A DNA stretch of 61,851 bases, taken from positions 1 through 61,851 of the forward strand of contig SVTA01000001.1 of the NCBI GenBank assembly GCA_015064005.1. The letters are read 5' to 3'. The stretch is from Oscillospiraceae bacterium. Lineage in GTDB: Bacteria > Bacillota > Clostridia > Oscillospirales > CAG-272. The notes under the pieces were generated by a model. That model was not told where the DNA came from. It saw only the letters and a list, made by a program, of their open reading frames with translations, and did not search any database. Positions 18,421-27,140 of this stretch are shown here, one piece after another; positions within the stretch are counted from its first letter, which is position 1; every line of letters starts with the position of its first letter. A program made the translations under genes and the position numbers.

Positions 18421-18449
18421 TTGACATTTTGAAGGGGAGGCTCTAAAAT
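18421..18449 (+). promoter_or_regulatory. promoter of the creatininase-paralog operon
   Basis: TTGACA-N17-TAAAAT, 45 nt upstream of ATG 18494 (RBS AAGGAGG). Confidence 0.6.
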
Positions 18450-18493
18450 GGGGATGACTACGCGCGTGTGCACTTTATCTTAAGGAGGATTTT

Positions 18494-19369
18494 ATGGAAA
18501 CACGATGGCTCTATCACACAAGTGAGACTTTTCCCACGTTAGTGGAGGAATCCAAGGGTGTTTGCGTCATACCCATGGGATGCGTGGAAAAGCACGGCCT
18601 GCACCTGCCGCTGGGTACCGATTGCTTTGAGGCGACCGAAACCACTTACCTCGCTTCGCAGATCGAAACGGCTTGCGTTTTTCCCGACTTTATCTTCGGT
18701 GACGTGCCCGAGGCCTATCCCTCCATGCCCGCCGGCACCATTACCCTGCCCGTGGATACCGAAATGCTTCTGCTGGAGCAGCTCTGCGAGCAGATCTCCC
18801 GTAACGGTATGAAAAAGATCCTCGTCGTGAACGGTCACGGCGGCAACAACAAGTGGCTTTCCACCTTCCTCAGAAAGATGTATAACAAAAAGCACGACTT
18901 CGTCTGCGCCGTTTATAACTGCAGCTCCTCCAAATCGGTCAACCGCGTGGCAGAGTACTTGCTCGAAAACGGCACGGGCTCCGTGCCGGAGCTGACGCCC
19001 GAGGACGAAAAGGTGGTGCTGGACTTTCACGCCGCCGGCAAGCTGACCGGCCACGCCTGCATGGGCGAGACCGCCTGTGTGATGGGCTGCCATCCCGAAA
19101 CGGTACATCTTGAGCGCCTGGGCATCGAAAGCGGCCTGCCCACCCACGTGGCGGATTATCTGAAGGAAGCGGGCATTGAGATCAAGGATCACGGCTGGGG
19201 GCTCAATTTCCCCAACGCCTTCACCGGTCACGATCCCGTGGGCTGCAACGAGCGCATCGGCAAGGCCGCCCTTCGCATGCAAGCGGAAAAGCTTGCCCAC
19301 GCGTTCAAGGTCTTCAAGGAGGACGAAAACGTCCTTAAATGGCACCAAGAAATGCAAAAAGGTTGGTAA
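18494..19369 (+). CDS. creatininase-family amidohydrolase, paralog 1
   Basis: EKHGLHLPLGTD, NGHGGN and GHACMGET motifs form the metal/catalytic signature of the creatininase/MftE/ArfB fold; 291 aa. Confidence 0.85.
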   Translation: METRWLYHTSETFPTLVEESKGVCVIPMGCVEKHGLHLPLGTDCFEATETTYLASQIETACVFPDFIFGDVPEAYPSMPAGTITLPVDTEMLLLEQLCEQISRNGMKKILVVNGHGGNNKWLSTFLRKMYNKKHDFVCAVYNCSSSKSVNRVAEYLLENGTGSVPELTPEDEKVVLDFHAAGKLTGHACMGETACVMGCHPETVHLERLGIESGLPTHVADYLKEAGIEIKDHGWGLNFPNAFTGHDPVGCNERIGKAALRMQAEKLAHAFKVFKEDENVLKWHQEMQKGW

Positions 19370-19490
19370 CGGTATGGAAACAAGATGGCTGTATCACACA
19401 AGTGAGACCTTTCCCAAATTGGTAGAAGAAGCAAAGGGCGTGTGCGTCATCCCCATGGGTTGCTCTGAAAAGCACGGCCTGCACCTCCCC
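19304..19490 (+). repeat. junction repeat copy 1 (3' end of paralog 1 + TAACGGT + 5' end of paralog 2)
   Basis: TTCAAGGTCTTCAAGGAGGACGAAAACGTCCT.AAATGGCA.CAAGAAATGCA.AA.GG.TGGTAACGGTATGGAAACAAGATGGCT... recurs at about 90% identity at all three junctions. Confidence 0.8.
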
Positions 19491-20264
19491 CTCGGTACCG
19501 ACTGCTTTGAGGCGGAGGGCACGGTTCTGGAGGCTGCAAAGCTGGAAACGGTGTGCATTTTCCCCACCTTTGTCTTTGGCGATTATCCCATCGCCTCCCC
19601 CATCAAGCCGGAGGGCTCGGTGCCGCCCGGCACCATCACCCTGCCCGTAGAAACCGAAATGCTCCTCCTCGAGCAGCTCTGCGAGCAGATCTCCCGCAAC
19701 GGTATGAAAAAAATACTCATTGCCAACGCCCACGGCGGCAACAGCCCGTGGCTTTCCACCTTCCTGCGGAAGATGTACAACAAAAAGCACGACTTCGTCT
19801 GCGCGGTGTACGGCTGTCGCTCCAGTCAATCCACCAAGCGGCTGTGTGAGCATCTGCAGGAGCACGGGCGCGGCTCGGTTCCCTATCTCACCACCGCCGA
19901 CGAGGACTATCTGCTGGAGTTCCACGCCACCCCAAAGGTGACCGGCCACGCCTGCATCGGCGAGAGTGCCGTGACCATGGGCGTCTATCCCGAAACGGTG
20001 CACCTTGACCGTCTCGGCATCGAAAGCGGTCTGCCCACCCACGTGGCGGATTACCTGAAGGACGCGGGCATCCAGATCGCCGACTACGGCTGGACCCAGC
20101 AATACCCCAACAACTACAGCGGTCACGATCCCCTGGGGCTGACCGAAACCATCGGAAAAGCCGCGCTCTGGATCCAGGCGCGCTATATGGCACAGGCCTT
20201 CAAGGTCTTCAAGGAGGACGAAAACGTCCTCAAATGGCATCAAGAAATGCAAAAAGGCTGGTAA
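19374..20264 (+). CDS. creatininase-family amidohydrolase, paralog 2
   Basis: ATG 19374 lies 4 nt after the paralog 1 stop. SEKHGLHLPLGTD, NAHGGN, GHACIGES. Confidence 0.85.
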   Translation: METRWLYHTSETFPKLVEEAKGVCVIPMGCSEKHGLHLPLGTDCFEAEGTVLEAAKLETVCIFPTFVFGDYPIASPIKPEGSVPPGTITLPVETEMLLLEQLCEQISRNGMKKILIANAHGGNSPWLSTFLRKMYNKKHDFVCAVYGCRSSQSTKRLCEHLQEHGRGSVPYLTTADEDYLLEFHATPKVTGHACIGESAVTMGVYPETVHLDRLGIESGLPTHVADYLKDAGIQIADYGWTQQYPNNYSGHDPLGLTETIGKAALWIQARYMAQAFKVFKEDENVLKWHQEMQKGW

Positions 20265-20385
20265 CGGTATGGAAACAAGATGGCTTTATCATACAAGCGA
20301 GACCTTCCCCACGCTGGTGGAGGAATCGAAGGGCGTTTGCGTCATCCCCATGGGATGCGTGGAAAAGCACGGTCTGCATCTGCCC
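20199..20385 (+). repeat. junction repeat copy 2
   Basis: Same ~187-bp block spanning the paralog 2/3 junction. Confidence 0.8.
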
Positions 20386-21141
20386 CTGGGGCAGGATATC
20401 ATCCAGGCCACTCACATCACATATATGGCATCACAGCTGGAAACGGTATGCGTTTTCCCGGATTTCACCTTCGGTGATTACTGCAACGCCGCCCCCGGTC
20501 AGCCCGCAGGCACCATCACTCTGCCTGTGGAGACCGAAATGCTGCTCCTCGAGCAGCTCTGCGAGCAGATCTCTCGCAACGGTATGAAAAAGATCCTCAT
20601 TCTCAACGCCCACGGCGGCAACAAGACCTGGCTTTCCACCTTCCTGCGGAAGATGTATAACACGAAGCACGATTTCGTGATGGGCGTCATTTTCGTAGAT
20701 CTGCCCGCGCCCCACGGTATGGCGGAAACGTTGCTCCAAAAGGGCAGCGGCGCGATCCCCGAGCTGACCGTCGAGGATGAGGCCATTCTCCTCCGTCATC
20801 ACGAGGAAAATATGAAGCTGGGTCACGCCTGCTTTGGCGAGACCGCCTTTATGATGGGCATTGCCCCCCAGGCCGTGCATCTTGACCGTCTCGGCATCGA
20901 GAGCGGGCTTTCTACACACAAAGCCGACTACTTGAAGAAGGCCGGCTTGGAGATCATGGCGGGCGGCTGGGATATCAACTACCCCAACAACTACGACGGC
21001 GACGACCCCGTGGATTGCAACGAGCGCATTGGCAAGGCCGCGCTTCGAATCGAGGCCGAGCGCGTCGCCCACGCCTTCAAGGTTTTCAAGGAGGATGAAA
21101 ACGTCCTCAAATGGCATCAAGAAATGCAGAAAGGGTGGTAA
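20269..21141 (+). CDS. creatininase-family amidohydrolase, paralog 3
   Basis: 4-nt gap from paralog 2. EKHGLHLPLGQD, NAHGGN, GHACFGET. Confidence 0.85.
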   Translation: METRWLYHTSETFPTLVEESKGVCVIPMGCVEKHGLHLPLGQDIIQATHITYMASQLETVCVFPDFTFGDYCNAAPGQPAGTITLPVETEMLLLEQLCEQISRNGMKKILILNAHGGNKTWLSTFLRKMYNTKHDFVMGVIFVDLPAPHGMAETLLQKGSGAIPELTVEDEAILLRHHEENMKLGHACFGETAFMMGIAPQAVHLDRLGIESGLSTHKADYLKKAGLEIMAGGWDINYPNNYDGDDPVDCNERIGKAALRIEAERVAHAFKVFKEDENVLKWHQEMQKGW

Positions 21142-21262
21142 CGGTATGGAAACAAGATGGCTTTATCATACAAGCGAGACCTTTCCCTCCCTTGTAGAAG
21201 AAGCGAAGGGCGTGTGCGTCATCCCCATGGGATGCGTGGAAAAGCATGGTCTGCATCTGCCT
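21076..21262 (+). repeat. junction repeat copy 3
   Basis: Same ~187-bp block spanning the paralog 3/4 junction. The 3' half recurs again at 21955-22021. Confidence 0.8.
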
Positions 21263-22021
21263 CTTGGCGCCGATATCATGGAGGCAAGCGCCATCGTCTA
21301 TGAGGCCTCCAAATTAGAGACGGCTTGCGTTTTTCCCGATTTCACCTTTGGTGATTACTGCAACGCCGCCCCCGGTCAGCCCGCAGGCACCATCACGCTG
21401 CCCTTAGAAACCGAAACACTGCTACTTGAGCAGCTTTGCGAGCAGATCTCTCGCAACGGCTGCAAAAAAATTCTGATTTGCAACGCTCACGGTGGCAATA
21501 AAGTCTGGCTCTCTACATTTCTCCGCAAGCTTGCCAACAAGAAGCGGGATTTCGTCTGCGCCGTCTGCACGCTCCCCTTCAGCTCCACTCACAAGATTTT
21601 GGCGGAGCAGCTACTGGAAAAGGGAAGTGGCGCGGTTCCCGAATTATCCGCAGAGGATGAAGCTTATCTGTTGGATTTTTACAATCAGGGCAAAACAGCG
21701 GGACATGCCTGCATCAGCGAAACCGCCCTTATCATGGCCATTGCCCCCGAAGCCGTTCATCTTGATCGACTCGGCATCGAGAGCGGACTTTCCGCTCACA
21801 AGACCGATTATCTGAATGATGTCGGCATCCAAATTGTCAACGGTGGCTGGGACATCAATTATCCCAACAGCTACGAGGGGCACGATCCCGTGGATTGCAA
21901 CGAGCGCATCGGCCGCGCAGCGCTTCGTGTGGCGGCGGAAAAGCTGGCAAGAGCGATCAAAGTCTATAAGGAGGACGAAAACGTCCTCAAATGGCATCAA
22001 GAAATGCAGAAGGGGTGGTAA
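21146..22021 (+). CDS. creatininase-family amidohydrolase, paralog 4
   Basis: ATG 21146 lies 4 nt after the paralog 3 stop. EKHGLHLPLGAD, NAHGGN, GHACISET. Confidence 0.85.
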   Translation: METRWLYHTSETFPSLVEEAKGVCVIPMGCVEKHGLHLPLGADIMEASAIVYEASKLETACVFPDFTFGDYCNAAPGQPAGTITLPLETETLLLEQLCEQISRNGCKKILICNAHGGNKVWLSTFLRKLANKKRDFVCAVCTLPFSSTHKILAEQLLEKGSGAVPELSAEDEAYLLDFYNQGKTAGHACISETALIMAIAPEAVHLDRLGIESGLSAHKTDYLNDVGIQIVNGGWDINYPNSYEGHDPVDCNERIGRAALRVAAEKLARAIKVYKEDENVLKWHQEMQKGW

Positions 22022-22022
22022 C

Positions 22023-23231
22023 ATGTATAAAACGCTTGACGCGCTGATGCAGGCGGCAGGCTGCACCGTCTATCCCGCCCGTTGGAACGAGATTTTCGAC
22101 ACCGTTATGGGGGATTTTGACAAAAACGGCTGTTTTTTGACCGATCCTGCCTATTACGATGAGATCCACGAGAAATACGGTGTCTTGAACAAGCACCTTG
22201 ACCTTTATAAGGAGGCGGCCGCGGCCGTCGGCAAACGAGAGCCGCTTGCCCGCCTGCTGGCACTGCTGGCGGCAACCATTCGGGATCGCCAGCACGTAAA
22301 GGCGGATCTGAAGGAATTTAAGGCACCAAAATCCCCGGAGGGTACCCATGATCTCGCCATTGATATGCTGACGGCACTGCCCCTGTTTGCGGCACTGCCC
22401 TACACGGCCAAAAAGATCGCCCCCCGCAATCTGCCGAAATACATTTCCGATTATATCCTTCAAAACCCGGAAAAGTGCGTGGATTACCATAAAAATCGCT
22501 ACGGCGTACCGGGCTGCAATTTGATCGGCTGGTATCAGTTGGCTATTGAGGGCGAGCTCTTTCGCGTGGGGCGGCTGGAAATTCAGATCTGTGCTCAATT
22601 TAAGGGGGGAACGGTATTTGAAAACGCCAAAGGCGAGCGCGTCACGCTTTGCCACGGCAGGCTCCTTCATCGGGAGGGTTTTCCCCTTGGTTCCTACGGC
22701 TATGAGGACGAGGAGGGCGCTTTTGAGGCCAGCATCACCGAGACCGACGAGGCCTTTGTCGGTTATCCCTACAAGGCAGACGGATACATTGAAACGCATA
22801 CCGTTTGCCTACTAAAATCCGAATGGCGCCCCATTCTCACCGACGGCGACCCTGTGGTTTCCCTGCACATTCCCGCCGGCGGCGGCCTCACCCCCGAGAT
22901 CGTGGACGAGACCCTGGCCGAGGCCAAAAAGGTGCTTGTCACCTATTACCCCGATTTCGAGTACAAGGCCTTCGTGTGCAGTAGCTGGATGATGGATCCG
23001 CAGCTGGTGGAGCTGCTCGGGCCCGATGCCAACATCTCCAAGTTCTGCAGCCGCTTCACCCCCATGGCGCAGAAGAGCGTCGGCAACGGTGTGATGAACT
23101 TCATCTTCTTTGATCCCGACCGAAGAATCCCCCTCTCCGACCTGCCCGAGGACACCCGCTTCCAGCGCGCGCTGAAACAGCATTATCTGAACGGTAAGGT
23201 CATCTATGAAATGTTCGGTTATTTCATTTAA
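22023..23231 (+). CDS. GNAT-like acyltransferase domain protein (uncharacterised two-domain family)
   Basis: ATG 22023 lies 1 nt after the paralog 4 stop; 402 aa. The C-terminal ...PAGGGLTPE...CSSWMMDPQL...GNGVMNFIFF resembles 'acyltransferase domain-containing' proteins of Clostridia. This is from memory and needs an HMM check. Confidence 0.6.
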   Translation: MYKTLDALMQAAGCTVYPARWNEIFDTVMGDFDKNGCFLTDPAYYDEIHEKYGVLNKHLDLYKEAAAAVGKREPLARLLALLAATIRDRQHVKADLKEFKAPKSPEGTHDLAIDMLTALPLFAALPYTAKKIAPRNLPKYISDYILQNPEKCVDYHKNRYGVPGCNLIGWYQLAIEGELFRVGRLEIQICAQFKGGTVFENAKGERVTLCHGRLLHREGFPLGSYGYEDEEGAFEASITETDEAFVGYPYKADGYIETHTVCLLKSEWRPILTDGDPVVSLHIPAGGGLTPEIVDETLAEAKKVLVTYYPDFEYKAFVCSSWMMDPQLVELLGPDANISKFCSRFTPMAQKSVGNGVMNFIFFDPDRRIPLSDLPEDTRFQRALKQHYLNGKVIYEMFGYFI

Positions 23232-23250
23232 TTGAAACTCACCAATTCAT

Positions 23251-23277
23251 GCCCGCGCGTCCCGAGGACGCGCGGGC
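23251..23277 (+). terminator. terminator-like GC hairpin ending the creatininase operon
   Basis: GCCCGCGCGTCC-cgag-GACGCGCGGGC; the T tract is poor. Confidence 0.5.
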
Positions 23278-23342
23278 TCCCTTAACCTTTCGGTATTTCA
23301 ATTCCACATTCAGAAATTTACAGAAATATTCTCGCCTTTATC

Positions 23343-23371
23343 TTGACAAAAAAGGAAAAATCTGTTATACT
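23343..23371 (+). promoter_or_regulatory. promoter of the ABC exporter pair
   Basis: TTGACA-N17-TATACT. Confidence 0.6.
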
Positions 23372-23490
23372 TTGCGATGTAAGCAATGCCAGCCTGCCTG
23401 CTTTTGGGGCAAGATGGCTTATTTCTTGCCCTTCGAGTTAGCACTCGCTAACCCAAAGGGAGATACTAACCAAAAAAGGAGTGACCGCGA

Positions 23491-25245
23491 ATGATCGACA
23501 AGAATCTGCTCCGACTACTGGGTAAAAACAAAAAGTATATCTTTTACACCGTGGCTTTGATGGTGCTGGGGCTCTTTGCCAATCTCACCATCACCGCATC
23601 GCTCTGCTACGCCATTCATCTGGCGCTGCATTACGCAGAGCAAGGCGGCGGCCCCGTGATATTCCTTCCCCCTGCCATCGGCGCTGCCGCCGGCATCCTG
23701 CTGCGCTATATCTCGACCCGTTTGGTAGGTAATTTGCGCGATCTCCTCGGTCGCCGTGCCAAAAAGGATCTGCGCCAGCAGGTTTACGACAAGATCGTGC
23801 GCCTTGGCGTGCGCTCCACCGACGGCATGAGCATGGCCGGTCTCACGCAGGTATCCATGGAGGGCGTGGAGCAGCTGGATCTCTACTATTCCTCCTACAT
23901 CCCCCAGTTCTTTTACGCGATGCTTGCTCCCTTTATTCTGTTCGGCATCACCGTGGGCATCGACTGGCGCGTGGCCGTGGTGCTGCTCTGCTGCGTGCCG
24001 CTGATCCCCGCCTCTATCATTGCGGTTTCCAAATATGCCAAGCGCATTTTTGCGAAATACTGGGGCAAGTACACCTCTATGGGTGACAGCTTCCTTGATA
24101 GCGTACAGGGTCTTAAGGAATTGAAGATCTTTGAGGCCGACGAGGCGCAGCACGGCAAAATGAACGAATCTGCCGAGAATTTCCGCAAGATCACCATGAA
24201 GGTGCTGGTAATGCAGCTGGCAAGCACCACCATCATGGATCTGGTGGCCTACGGCGGCGCCGGCGCGGGCATCGCCTTTGCGGTAATGGGCGTGGCTGAC
24301 GGTCGCCTTTCCCCTGTATCTGCCTTGTTCCTCATTCTGGTCGCAGTGGATTTCTTCCTGCCCTTGCGCGCCTTCGGCTCTGCCTTCCACGTAGCCATGA
24401 ACGGCGCCAGCGCCGGCAAAAAAATCCTTTCCCTTCTCTCCCAGCCCGATCCCGAATGGGGCACTGAGACGGTGGAGGATACAGAGCTGGCGCTCACCGA
24501 CGTCTGTTTCTCTTATGACGGGCGCCGTCAAGTGCTGAAAAACGTTTCGATGACGCTGCCCCGGCGGGGCATGACCGCCATTGTGGGCGAGTCGGGCTGC
24601 GGCAAATCCACCGTGGTCAATATGCTCTTTGGCGCCTTCCGCCAGCAGAGCGGCAGCGTGACCGTGGGCGGCAAGCCCCTCTCCTCCCTCTCGCGAGAGG
24701 CCTACTACGACAAGCTGGCCGTGGTCAGCTATAACACCTACGTATTCAACGCCACCGTGCGGGAAAATTTCCTGCTCGCTGCCGGCACCGTCAGCGACGA
24801 GCAGATCTACGACGCACTGGAGCAGGTGAATCTCGCCGAGTTCATCCGCAGCAGCGGCGGTCTTGACAAGGTGATCACCGAGGATGCCGCCAATATCTCC
24901 GGCGGTCAGAAGCAGCGTTTGGCGCTGGCCGTGGCGCTGGTTTCCGATAAAGCGATCTACGTCTTTGACGAGGCCACCAGTAACATTGATATCGAGAGCG
25001 AGGCCATTATCATGCGCAACGTCAAGGCGCTTTCCGAGAAAAAGGCGGTCATCGTCATTTCTCACCGTCTGGCCAACGTCACCCCCGCAGACCTCATTTA
25101 TTATATGGAGGCAGGTGAGGTGAAGGAGACCGGCACCCACGCCGCGCTGATGGCGGCAGACGGCGGTTACGCCGCACTTTACACCGCGCAAAAGGCACTG
25201 GAGGAGGGCTATCGCTCCGCCGGCACCGTGGAGGTGAACGTATGA
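23491..25245 (+). CDS. ABC exporter fused permease/ATPase, CydD-like half-transporter
   Basis: Six TM segments plus an NBD. GESGCGKST, ISGGQKQRLALAVAL, VFDEATS. Confidence 0.9.
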   Translation: MIDKNLLRLLGKNKKYIFYTVALMVLGLFANLTITASLCYAIHLALHYAEQGGGPVIFLPPAIGAAAGILLRYISTRLVGNLRDLLGRRAKKDLRQQVYDKIVRLGVRSTDGMSMAGLTQVSMEGVEQLDLYYSSYIPQFFYAMLAPFILFGITVGIDWRVAVVLLCCVPLIPASIIAVSKYAKRIFAKYWGKYTSMGDSFLDSVQGLKELKIFEADEAQHGKMNESAENFRKITMKVLVMQLASTTIMDLVAYGGAGAGIAFAVMGVADGRLSPVSALFLILVAVDFFLPLRAFGSAFHVAMNGASAGKKILSLLSQPDPEWGTETVEDTELALTDVCFSYDGRRQVLKNVSMTLPRRGMTAIVGESGCGKSTVVNMLFGAFRQQSGSVTVGGKPLSSLSREAYYDKLAVVSYNTYVFNATVRENFLLAAGTVSDEQIYDALEQVNLAEFIRSSGGLDKVITEDAANISGGQKQRLALAVALVSDKAIYVFDEATSNIDIESEAIIMRNVKALSEKKAVIVISHRLANVTPADLIYYMEAGEVKETGTHAALMAADGGYAALYTAQKALEEGYRSAGTVEVNV

Positions 25246-26930
25246 GTAATCAGAAGAAGCAACTGCGCCGCAGCGGCGCAAAGATCATGGCAAGCCTGGT
25301 GCTGCTGCTGGGCAGCCTTGCCTATATTATGCTGCTGGCCGTGCTGAACGGCTCGCTCGGCTTCCTTTCCGCCATGGGCGTCACGCTCTTTGGCGCCATC
25401 GGCATTGCCAAGGCGCTGGGAGAGAGCATTTCCCTTTCCTACGGCGTCATCATCGCGCTGGCTGTTGGCTGCGGCGTGCTGCGCGGCGTGCTGCGGTATT
25501 TTGAACAGTACAGCAACCACTATATCGCCTTCCGCCTGCTGGCGGTGCTGCGCGACAAGATCTTCGGTGCCCTGCGGCGCCTGTGCCCCGCTAAGCTGGA
25601 AAGCAAGCAAAAGGGCAGCATCATCGCCATGATCACCTCCGATATTGAGACACTGGAGGTCTTTTACGCCCACACCCTCTCCCCCATCTGCATTGCGGTG
25701 GTGGTCTCCCTTGCCGTATTTCTCTTTGTGTGGCTCTTTTCCTCCATCTATCTCGCGCTGGTGGCGCTATGCGGCTACGTGACCGTAGGCGTGCTGGTGC
25801 CCCTCATTTCCTCCCGTCGCCTGAAGGCCTCCGGCGTGCGATACCGCGCCGAGTTCGCTGCCTTCAACGCCTATTTCCTTGACAGCATCAAGGGCATCAA
25901 GGACATTGTGCTTAACAATGCGGGTGAGGCGCGCAAGGAGGAGGTCAACCGCCGCTCTGACGTGCTGCTGATGGAAACCAAAAAGATGAAAAACGACACC
26001 ACCGCGGCAGCAGCCGCCACCGAGCTTGCTGTTTCGCTCTTTATCCTCACCACCCTTGCAGTAGGCGTGCTGCTGATGGCAACGGGGCAGCTCTCCGCTG
26101 GCCGTATGGTGGTGGGTGTGGTAGCCGTGTTCGGCTCCTTTGCTCCCGTCATTGCCATTTCCGCTCTGCCCGGCAATCTGACCCAGACCTTCGCCTCCGG
26201 CGACCGTGTGCTGGATCTGCTGGCAGAAAAGCCCGCCGTTACCCCCGTTGAAAGCGGCGCGGATTTTGATTACGAGCATCTTGACGTAGAGGGCCTCTCT
26301 TTCTCCTACGATGGCGTCACCCCCGTGCTTGAAGACGTTGCCATGCACGCCAAGGCCGGCGAGATCGTGGGTATCGTGGGCGAATCAGGCTGCGGCAAAT
26401 CCACCTTTCTCAAGCTCCTGCTCCGCTTCTGGCAAAAGCAGGAGGGCAGCATTGCCTACAACGGCATCGACGTGGATGCCATTGACGGCGACAGCCTGCT
26501 GCGAAACGTGACCATGGTCAGCCAAGTCACCTACCTCTTTGACGAAACCATTGAGGACAATCTCCGCATCGCCAAGCCTGATGCCACCCGCGAGGAGATC
26601 GAGGCCGCCTGCCGGATGGCCTCGGTGCACGACTTCATCCTCACCCTGCCCGACGGATATGAGACCCGCGTGGGCGCCCTTGGCGACAACCTCTCCGCCG
26701 GAGAGAAGCAGCGCATTGGCCTCGCCCGCGCCTTCCTCAAGGGCAGTCCCCTCATTTTACTCGACGAGCCCACCAGCAACGTGGATAGCATCAACGAGGG
26801 CATCATTCTGCAGGCGCTGCAGGCACAAAAGCAAAAAAAGAGCATCATTCTGGTCTCCCATCGGGAATCTACCATGGCCATTGCCGACCGCATCTACCGC
26901 GTGGAGGCGGGCCGGATGAAGGCACTTTGA
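25242..26930 (+). CDS. ABC exporter fused permease/ATPase, CydC-like half-transporter
   Basis: ATGA overlap with the previous gene. GESGCGKSTF, LSAGEKQRIGLARAF, LLDEPTS. Confidence 0.9.
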   Translation: MSNQKKQLRRSGAKIMASLVLLLGSLAYIMLLAVLNGSLGFLSAMGVTLFGAIGIAKALGESISLSYGVIIALAVGCGVLRGVLRYFEQYSNHYIAFRLLAVLRDKIFGALRRLCPAKLESKQKGSIIAMITSDIETLEVFYAHTLSPICIAVVVSLAVFLFVWLFSSIYLALVALCGYVTVGVLVPLISSRRLKASGVRYRAEFAAFNAYFLDSIKGIKDIVLNNAGEARKEEVNRRSDVLLMETKKMKNDTTAAAAATELAVSLFILTTLAVGVLLMATGQLSAGRMVVGVVAVFGSFAPVIAISALPGNLTQTFASGDRVLDLLAEKPAVTPVESGADFDYEHLDVEGLSFSYDGVTPVLEDVAMHAKAGEIVGIVGESGCGKSTFLKLLLRFWQKQEGSIAYNGIDVDAIDGDSLLRNVTMVSQVTYLFDETIEDNLRIAKPDATREEIEAACRMASVHDFILTLPDGYETRVGALGDNLSAGEKQRIGLARAFLKGSPLILLDEPTSNVDSINEGIILQALQAQKQKKSIILVSHRESTMAIADRIYRVEAGRMKAL

Positions 26931-26940
26931 TTTCAAGCGG

Positions 26941-26969
26941 AAAAGCACCCGCCGCGGCGGGTGCTTTTC
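26941..26969 (+). terminator. rho-independent terminator
   Basis: AAAAGCACCCGCC-gc-GGCGGGTGCTTTTCGGTTTTTT. Confidence 0.85.
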
Positions 26970-27052
26970 GGTTTTTTGCGGTATTTTCCGAAAAAAAACT
27001 CTTTTTTTGCGAAAATTAGTGAGAATCACCGTAAAATCGCCATCGTATCCTC

Positions 27053-27081
27053 TTGACTCTGTCGCTTTAATGTGATACAAT
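27053..27081 (+). promoter_or_regulatory. promoter of the lipoprotein/Opp-like operon
   Basis: TTGACT-N17-TACAAT, with a TG extension. Confidence 0.55.
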
Positions 27082-27140
27082 GTTGGATAGGTATCGTTTA
27101 TACCTAATATTTTATTATTATATTTATTTGGAGGTACATT

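Noticed and set aside
18446-18481. Mini-ORF MGMTTRVCTLS upstream of the first creatininase paralog (possible leader or precursor peptide, by analogy with MftE-type peptidases)
   Set aside because: Its ATG overlaps the predicted -10 box, so it is probably not transcribed. It is only 11 codons, and no radical-SAM or other RiPP maturase is nearby.
19176-19373. N-terminal extensions in the ORF track (19176, 21029, 21816, and also 3689-4717, 5403-7433, 43988-45613, 58938-61391, 46147-46494, 49593-49925, 50181-50483)
   Set aside because: The extensions overlap the preceding gene in another frame or run through promoters and leaders, and they are Arg/Pro-rich. Internal ATGs with good RBSs give N-termini that match family expectations, so the starts were reassigned.
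23491-26930. Calling the ABC pair cydDC (cytochrome bd assembly)
   Set aside because: The call would rest only on architecture-level similarity (two fused TMD-NBD half-transporters). No cydAB genes are nearby and the organism is probably a strict anaerobe, so I kept the generic 'CydDC-like exporter' label without a gene symbol.
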